Part shown: in pieces, positions 9,101-13,835 of the stretch | How positions within the stretch are numbered: the first letter of the stretch is position 1 | Layout of the letters: each line of letters begins with the position of its first letter | Origin: Planctomycetota bacterium | Lineage (GTDB): Bacteria; Planctomycetota; GCA-002687715; DRQF01 | Direction: 5' to 3' | Length of the DNA stretch: 13,835 nucleotides | Assembly (NCBI GenBank): GCA_027001995.1 | Contig: JALTLO010000113.1 | Location: 1 to 13,835, forward strand | Translations under genes and position numbers: made by a program | Notes under the pieces: model-generated | The model's database searches: none | Seen by the model: only the letters and a program-made list of their open reading frames with translations | What the model was told of the DNA's origin: nothing

Positions 9101-9667
9101 AAGGTTGGCGGACAAAGCCAAGAGGCCGACAAGTCAACCAAAGAGCTTCTTTTCGCCTTACTCTTAGCCATGATTTTGGTCTACATCGTCATGGCCTCTC
9201 AATTCGAGTCTCTTCTGGATCCTTTAGTTATCATGATTTCCAGTGTTTTCGCTGGGGTCGGCGCTGTTTTTGCTCTCGTCTTGCTGGACATTGCAGCCAG
9301 TGTTGTGGTCTTCATTGGACTCATCATGTTGGCAGGCATCGTGGTCAATAACGCCATCGTACTCATTGACAGCATTAACCGCCTCCAACGAATCCATGGG
9401 CTCAGTCGCAAAGAGGCCATCTTTAAGGGAGGAAAGATGCGTTTGCGGCCCATTCTCATGACCACCCTCACGACGGTTTTAGGCCTTCTACCCATGGCTC
9501 TGTCAACGGGAGAAGGGGCTGAGATGCGTATGCCCATGGCGGTAACCGTCATTGCTGGTCTTTCCCTGAGCACCATCCTGACCTTGATCATCATCCCGGT
9601 GGTCTATTCCGCGGCCCACGGTTCCATCGACTCTTTGAAGAATCTGCTGAAGGGAGAAGAAGCATGA
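6146..9667 (+). CDS. RND efflux permease subunit 1 (AcrB/AcrD/AcrF family)
   Basis: RPVAV N-terminus, YPGSAPAEVEELVTKPLE, LNIMSLGGLALGIGMLVDASIVVLE (TM4), SQFES, GIVVNNAIVLID (TM10) and RLRPILMTTLTTVLGLLPMAL (TM11); 1173 aa. Confidence 0.96.
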   Translation: MTSQEEHEPGIIPLVVDRPVAVSMVVLAVAVFGWISFQKLSLTLLPKISYPSLTVRTEYPGSAPAEVEELVTKPLESNLAVISNLNSFRSISRAGVSDLILEFEWDTNMNFAAQDVREKVDQVRGFLPQDVKKPLLLKYDPTLDPIMRLGLYGELDLERIRYYGEEKIKKELESIPGVAAIKVRGGFESEIRIDISEISLQRNALTIGEIQQRLSEENINLASGLLREGDTEYLVRTLNEFKSVEEIADLVVAARNNSYIRLKDVAKVHRANKEADVITRIEGQPSVEIAIFKEDAANIVQVSKLVKIKLFGADFAKRLKDGVVAPRTEDNKKVKKGKELEALAAAKPITETLPAGIHIRLLSDQSRFIQSSIKEVQTSGIIGAIVAILVLLVFLKRIVSTLVIAIAIPISIIATFGPMMQFDVSLNIMSLGGLALGIGMLVDASIVVLESIARCRDEGDSLRDAAIRGTREVGGAVVASVLTTIAVFLPIVFVEGIAGEIFKDQSLTVVFSLLASLAVALFFIPMLAARPFSEGNLGKRRSLKQYGGDVWRLLKTRCFLSWPWVLGLISWFKNAGPVKRVFAALVLLPLLPITVLIELVAKVPFIAIVGILLVIKVVVGVPAMVLAVPAKAFSKIFDGGYALVEASYSLALKAALSQRALVLLGAIALTGFAWKLMDQVGIDLIPEMHSGEIIVESQRPVGTSLASNGRLTLTMEETLIAMKEAGKFDGRGMSSSMGVARDEIAPAGDGPHTAKIYLKLPVGPDMASKEAEVIETLREGLAKKVGSGDLAFTTPKLFTFKNPLEVQVLGDSLEKVGVIADRLETRLMAMDTLTDVRSSAEQGSPEFVIKYDRLKLADRGLKLTDAANVLRDKIKGVIPTRYSETAEGRKIDVLVKIPDELVASASALRDIEVAKVNDKSVRLGEVATVLQGRGPSEVRRIGGQRGVIITAVPDGVDLKNAANQIREHVEDMRREDPKSFQDIVVKVGGQSQEADKSTKELLFALLLAMILVYIVMASQFESLLDPLVIMISSVFAGVGAVFALVLLDIAASVVVFIGLIMLAGIVVNNAIVLIDSINRLQRIHGLSRKEAIFKGGKMRLRPILMTTLTTVLGLLPMALSTGEGAEMRMPMAVTVIAGLSLSTILTLIIIPVVYSAAHGSIDSLKNLLKGEEA

Positions 9668-12600
9668 GCCCGATGGAAAGATTCGTTTCTATCACCCTGA
9701 AGCGACCAGTCACAGTGCTCATGCTCTTGTGCTCCACCATCCTCATCGGCGTCTTAGCCCAACTCAACTTGCCCTTGGAGTTGTTGCCATCCGGCTTTCA
9801 AAAGAGTTCCGTCTCCATTGACATCCCTGTACCCAACTCCAACCCCATTGAAGTGGAAGAGCAGGTGACCCGCCCCACTGAAGATGTCATTCGGCAGATG
9901 TCCGGGTTAGAAGAAATCGAAACGCGCTCCAGCAAGAACTCCAGCCATATCAATCTTCAATTCAGTAAGGGACGCAATCCCGACGAAGCCTTTGCTGAGG
10001 TGCGTGATCTCATGGAGATTGCCAAACTATCCTGGCCCGACGATGTCCAGGACTACCGCACTTTCCGCTTCAACTTGGACACGGATATACCTGTCCTCAG
10101 TTTTGGTGTGCTCTTAGACAAATGGGAATCTGACACTTCATTCGTCCTCGACGAGAAAGTCACCAAAGTACTGGAATCTGTCGATGGCGTGGCTCGGGTC
10201 AACGCCATGGGAATCGTGGAAGAGTCAATCCGCATCTTCGTCAACAAGGAGAAAGCCCGGGCTTTGGGCATTTCTCTGTTCGAGCTAGCTCAAACCTTGG
10301 GTGGCGACAACCGAGACGTCATCGGAGGACGCATCAAAGAAGGCGATCGCTACTTCTACCTCCGGTCCTTGGGCCGCTTCGCGAACCTGGAGGAGTTAGA
10401 AAACTATCCCATTCGCCGGGACGTGAAGATGAAAGACGTGGCAGAAATCGTGGCCGCCAAGTCCTTTCGCGACCGGGTCTTCCGCCTCAACGGCAGCCGC
10501 GCTGTTTGGTTTCAAGTTTACAAGGAATCCAGTGCCAACACCGTCCAAGTTTGCAAAGCCATCAAACGAACCCTCGAAGAGAAAATCAAGGTCGACCCGC
10601 GTTTGATCGAAAAGGAATGGTCTTGGTTTCAAAGTGACAACCAAAGCACGGGGGCCATCATCACAGATGCCCTCTCTGGCTTAGTCCGCTCGGCTCTCAT
10701 CGGAGCTCTTCTGGCGATCATCCCCCTATTCATCTTCTTGCGCCGTCTGCGGATGACCCTGATTATCATGTTAGCCATCCCCTCGTCTTTGTTGATCACC
10801 CTGGGTTGTATTTACTTCACCGGTGGCTCCCTCAACCTTTTGTCTATGATGGGCATCACCATTGCCATTGGTATGTTGGTTGACAACTCTATCGTTGTAG
10901 TCGAGAACATTTTCAGCAAACGACAATCTGGTTTGGGAGCTCAAGCAGCGGCTCTAAAAGGCACTTCAGAAGTGGCCTTAGCTGTGGTCTTGGCCACCCT
11001 CACCACCATCGCAGCCTTTTTGCCTCTCATTTTCATGGATGCCAGTGCCCAGGCTGCTTTCTTCGCCGAAGGGGTGGGATTGCCGGTTTGCTACGCGGTC
11101 TTGGCCTCCCTCTTGGTGGCTCTTTTCTTCATTCCTTTGGCCACGGTCTTTCTCTATCGCGACAAACCTGGAGACGACCCGAACCGGAGTTTCTACCAAG
11201 ATGCCCGTGCATGTTTGGCGGGCAACAACGACTCCATGAGTAAGAAGTTCGCTATTCTCGCCCTGCCATTGGCACCTTTTTACTTTTTCTCAGACCTATC
11301 TCTCAAAGCGATCTCCCAACTTGAGCGTTTCCAGGCCTGGGTCGTCAGCAGAGCCCTGAAACAGCGGTTCTTGGGGTTACTCATTATCTTTGGTGCAACA
11401 ATCGCCCTGACGTCGGCTATCGCTCCCCGGGCGAAGTTTGTCAGTTCCGACGACGACTCCGGTGGTTTTCTCAAGATCGACGTGGAGCTCGACAACAACT
11501 ACACACTGGGAGATGCCAATGTCGTCTTCACCCAGGTGTTTAACAAGCTGCAAGAAGACTGGGACAAATTCGGATTCACTTTCAGCTACATGGTCTTCGG
11601 CAAAGAAGGCGGCCAGATCACCGCCGCCCTCGACAATCAAGATGGCGAATACACCAAGATGGTGAGCGAAGAATTAGCCAAGACAATGCCGGAAATCCCA
11701 GGAGCCCGAGTTCGAGTAGGAATTGAGCGCAAGAACGCCGAGGCTTCAAACCTAGACATCCAAGTTTTTGGTGAAGAAGTCAAAGTCTTGACTCGCATCA
11801 GTGAAGATCTACGGGAGAAATTAGAGGCCGTCGAAGGAATCACCCGGGTCTCCGGCGGTGCCGATCGCCGCACAGAAGAAATCATCATTCGCCCCAACCG
11901 CGAGCGGATGCAATTCTTTGGCGTCGAACCAAGGACGCTCATGGGAACGGTTCAATACGGCATTCGAGGCCAAAGACTACCCGACTTCCATTTCGGCGAT
12001 CAGAAGATGCAAATGATCATCGAATTCGAGAATGTTGGTGACACGACAGTCAACGACCTGAAAAGAATGGGGATCTGGTCCTCCACCACGAACCAGACCC
12101 AACCTCTGTCCAACTTTGCTGACATCCACTACGCCAAGGGCTTTGGTACCATTCACAAGAGCAATGGACAATCATCGGTCCATCTGATTGCCGAAACCAT
12201 CGACGGCAAAAGTAAAGAAGTCACTGGGGCTGCTGCCCAGGTCTTGGCCGACTACGATCTTCCCAAGGGATATACTTGGCGGGAAACCTCCAACGAAGAC
12301 CTCAAGGATGAGTATATGCAGATCATCTCCACGGTCGTCTTGGCAGTTGTCCTCATTTTGCTGCTCATGGGTGTCCTTTTTGAGTCAATCATGTTGCCTC
12401 CAGCGGTCTTTGCCACTATTCCATTCGCTTTAGTTGGAGCCTTTTGGTTCTTGGTGCTAACGGACAGCCCCGTTGACATGATGAGCATGATTGGCGGCAT
12501 AATTTTGGTGGGCATCGTGGTCAATAACGGCATCGTGTTCATGGACGCTGCCCATCGGAGCGTCCTGGACGGCATGCCCCGCACAGAAGCTCTTATCTCT

Positions 12601-12876
12601 GCAGGCCGCCGCCGACTCCGTCCCATCTTGATGACGACAGCCACCACCATCGTCGGTTTGGCTCCTATGGCCGTGACCAAATCCACCAGTGGTTTTGTTT
12701 CCTACGAATCCATGGCCCGAGGTGTCATCGGCGGTCTCACCATATCCACTCTCGCTACTCTGATCGTTGTTCCCATCTTCTACAGCCTATTCGACGACCT
12801 GCGCAAAGTCTTAGGAGAAGCCTGCCGCGTCATCGTCGGCAGCGGCCGCAGTGCCCAAGGACTCAACCAACGTTAA
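9664..12876 (+). CDS. RND efflux permease subunit 2 (AcrB/AcrD/AcrF family)
   Basis: KRPVTV, EVEEQVTRPTE, LNLLSMMGITIAIGMLVDNSIVVVEN, GIVVNNGIVFMD and RLRPILMTTATTIVGLAPM; 1070 aa. ATGA overlap with permease 1. Confidence 0.96.
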   Translation: MSPMERFVSITLKRPVTVLMLLCSTILIGVLAQLNLPLELLPSGFQKSSVSIDIPVPNSNPIEVEEQVTRPTEDVIRQMSGLEEIETRSSKNSSHINLQFSKGRNPDEAFAEVRDLMEIAKLSWPDDVQDYRTFRFNLDTDIPVLSFGVLLDKWESDTSFVLDEKVTKVLESVDGVARVNAMGIVEESIRIFVNKEKARALGISLFELAQTLGGDNRDVIGGRIKEGDRYFYLRSLGRFANLEELENYPIRRDVKMKDVAEIVAAKSFRDRVFRLNGSRAVWFQVYKESSANTVQVCKAIKRTLEEKIKVDPRLIEKEWSWFQSDNQSTGAIITDALSGLVRSALIGALLAIIPLFIFLRRLRMTLIIMLAIPSSLLITLGCIYFTGGSLNLLSMMGITIAIGMLVDNSIVVVENIFSKRQSGLGAQAAALKGTSEVALAVVLATLTTIAAFLPLIFMDASAQAAFFAEGVGLPVCYAVLASLLVALFFIPLATVFLYRDKPGDDPNRSFYQDARACLAGNNDSMSKKFAILALPLAPFYFFSDLSLKAISQLERFQAWVVSRALKQRFLGLLIIFGATIALTSAIAPRAKFVSSDDDSGGFLKIDVELDNNYTLGDANVVFTQVFNKLQEDWDKFGFTFSYMVFGKEGGQITAALDNQDGEYTKMVSEELAKTMPEIPGARVRVGIERKNAEASNLDIQVFGEEVKVLTRISEDLREKLEAVEGITRVSGGADRRTEEIIIRPNRERMQFFGVEPRTLMGTVQYGIRGQRLPDFHFGDQKMQMIIEFENVGDTTVNDLKRMGIWSSTTNQTQPLSNFADIHYAKGFGTIHKSNGQSSVHLIAETIDGKSKEVTGAAAQVLADYDLPKGYTWRETSNEDLKDEYMQIISTVVLAVVLILLLMGVLFESIMLPPAVFATIPFALVGAFWFLVLTDSPVDMMSMIGGIILVGIVVNNGIVFMDAAHRSVLDGMPRTEALISAGRRRLRPILMTTATTIVGLAPMAVTKSTSGFVSYESMARGVIGGLTISTLATLIVVPIFYSLFDDLRKVLGEACRVIVGSGRSAQGLNQR

Positions 12877-13043
12877 TCTGTGGCCGAGCAAATAAATGGA
12901 CGGAGACAGGCCAAGTCAGCCTTCCGGTTCTACGTCGGTGACTGACATCGAGCTCGTCAACGCCCGGAATTCGAATGGACCTCGGGCGCAAGACGGACAA
13001 AAAATGTGTTGACGACAACTATCTGAAGGTCGCCCCCTCGTGT

Positions 13044-13321
13044 CTATTCGATCGTTAATTGAATCGCGTTGCTTATGGCGACGGGCGCCCCATTGGCGCC
13101 GGTTGTTCCCATGACACACTGAAACGTCGTCAGGATGCCTGGAGGCAAGTTCGGCAAGATGACGCCAAATTCGCCATCGCCGCTGAAACCCGTATTAAAG
13201 AATGGATTAGCGCCGGTGCCAAGGTTCCCGTCCGCAAGAACTTCGATCCCCGTGGGAATCCCATGAACGTCCAATGCCCCGCCGAGGTCCAAAGATCCAA
13301 GAATTGGATAGGACTCCGCCC
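13044..13321 (-). pseudogene. 3' remnant of a gene, probably the C-terminal beta-rich domain of a secreted protein, truncated by the adjacent element
   Basis: Protein-like Gly/Pro-rich segment SYPILGSLDLGG...LPNLPPGILTTFQCV...ISNAIQLTIE* ending at TAG 13044-13046. The track's TTG start (13367) lies inside a hairpin of the structured element, and the first ~15 aa are atypical. Confidence 0.55.
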
Positions 13322-13494
13322 GTGAAGAGCCCTTTTTTCGCCACGGTCTTTGAGGCTCGGTTGCCAACTGACCTCATTTATCTTGGCTGTCGGCATCCGA
13401 GGTATGCCTCTTAAACCTCGGGGGTTTTGGGGGCGGAGCCCCCATCCTTCTTGGCACCGAAGGTGCCGTCATCTAGAAAAAAAGAGGCCTTCAC
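13322..13494. other. Highly structured non-coding element: outer inverted repeat, 4 hairpins and a candidate pseudoknot
   Basis: Outer IR GTGAAGAGCCCTTTTTT (13322-13338) / AAAAAAAGAGGCCTTCAC (13477-13494). Hairpins: TGAGGcTCGGTT-gcc-AACTGACCTCA (13351-13376), GGCAT-N7-ATGCC (13392-13408), TGGGGGC-GGA-GCCCCCA (13428-13444) and GGCACC-GAA-GGTGCC (13453-13467). Confidence 0.7.
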
Positions 13495-13503
13495 TTCCAG
13501 CTC

Positions 13504-13531
13504 TTGACAAGCGTTCAGCGAAGGCCAAAGT
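13504..13531 (+). promoter_or_regulatory. Candidate promoter for the Cys-rich ORF
   Basis: Perfect TTGACA at 13504-13509. Only a weak -10 (CAAAGT, 13526-13531, 16-nt spacer). Confidence 0.3.
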
Positions 13532-13561
13532 CTCTGGTACTTGAACTCCGGAGACCAAACC

Positions 13562-13835
13562 TTGTCACAAACATGGCCGCCAAAATCCAGCCTTTGGGCT
13601 CTTCTATTCGAAATTGACCTAGAATTTCGCGATCAGGTTAGGTTAGCCGGGTGCCAACACTGTGGCGGCAAGCTTCATCAAGCGAACTTTATGCGCAAGC
13701 CCCGAGGCAACACCCAGGATCTCGAACCGCATCACAAACTCCGATTTGGCTTATGCTGTGCCGAATCTGGCTGCCGTCGTCGAGTATTGCCTCCTTCATC
13801 TCGCTTTCTTGGTCGCCGGGTCTACTTAGGCATTA
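13562..13835 (+). CDS. Cys-rich putative Zn-binding protein of the type found upstream of DDE integrase/ExeA-like ATPase genes (partial, runs off right edge)
   Basis: Not in the ORF track. GGAG (13550-13553) lies 8 nt before TTG 13562. It translates open to the edge as MSQTWPPKSSLWALLFEIDLEFRDQVRLAGCQHCGGKLHQANFMRKPRGNTQDLEPHHKLRFGLCCAESGCRRRVLPPSSRFLGRRVYLGI, with CxxCGG-LH, RKPRG and CCxxxGCRRR-PPS-RFLGRRVY. The family link is from recall, not a search. Confidence 0.8.
   Translation, partial: MSQTWPPKSSLWALLFEIDLEFRDQVRLAGCQHCGGKLHQANFMRKPRGNTQDLEPHHKLRFGLCCAESGCRRRVLPPSSRFLGRRVYLGI

Larger units (their letters stand above)
13322..13835 (+). mobile_element. Probable left end of an IS/transposon-like element (partial)
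   Basis: It begins where the minus-strand gene remnant breaks off, starts (G)TG, has a structured leader and contains a transposon-associated-type Cys-rich ORF. The transposase itself is not in the window. Confidence 0.55.

Noticed and set aside
13322..13367. TTG 13367 as the genuine start of a 107-aa protein
   Set aside because: The start lies within a hairpin of the structured element, has no clear RBS, and gives an N-terminus unlike the rest of the sequence.
13392..13467. CRISPR array or tRNA
   Set aside because: The hairpins are not identical repeats with regular spacers, and there is no cloverleaf with T-loop/D-loop consensus.
13317..13499. Standalone MITE with target-site duplication
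   Set aside because: The ends read TG...CA, but the flanks (CCGCCC left, TTCCAG right) show no direct repeat, and the truncated gene does not obviously resume on the other side. Not fully excluded.

Overview
This window is chromosomal DNA from a diderm bacterium. A Planctomycetota-like origin is suggested by protein style only. The left arm (minus strand) is a translationally coupled operon: an uncharacterised radical SAM enzyme with a non-canonical CX8CX2C motif, then moeA, then lnt. Downstream are a near-consensus sigma70 promoter and the 5' end of a membrane-anchored protein running off the left edge. Diverging from it is an RND efflux operon: a lipoprotein adaptor with a long alpha-hairpin and two dissimilar AcrB-family permeases, with no TolC-like gene. 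The last ~800 bp look accessory. They hold a 3' gene remnant (13044-~13321) that stops at a ~173-nt densely structured non-coding element, then a TTG-start Cys-rich ORF (13562 to the edge, absent from the ORF track). The element has an outer inverted repeat, four hairpins (two with C-GNA-G triloops) and a candidate H-type pseudoknot. The ORF resembles the small Zn-binding proteins I recall heading DDE-integrase plus ExeA-like ATPase mobile elements. The structured element at this probable mobile-element end is the best novelty candidate. All assignments come from motif reading and manual base-pairing; no searches were run.
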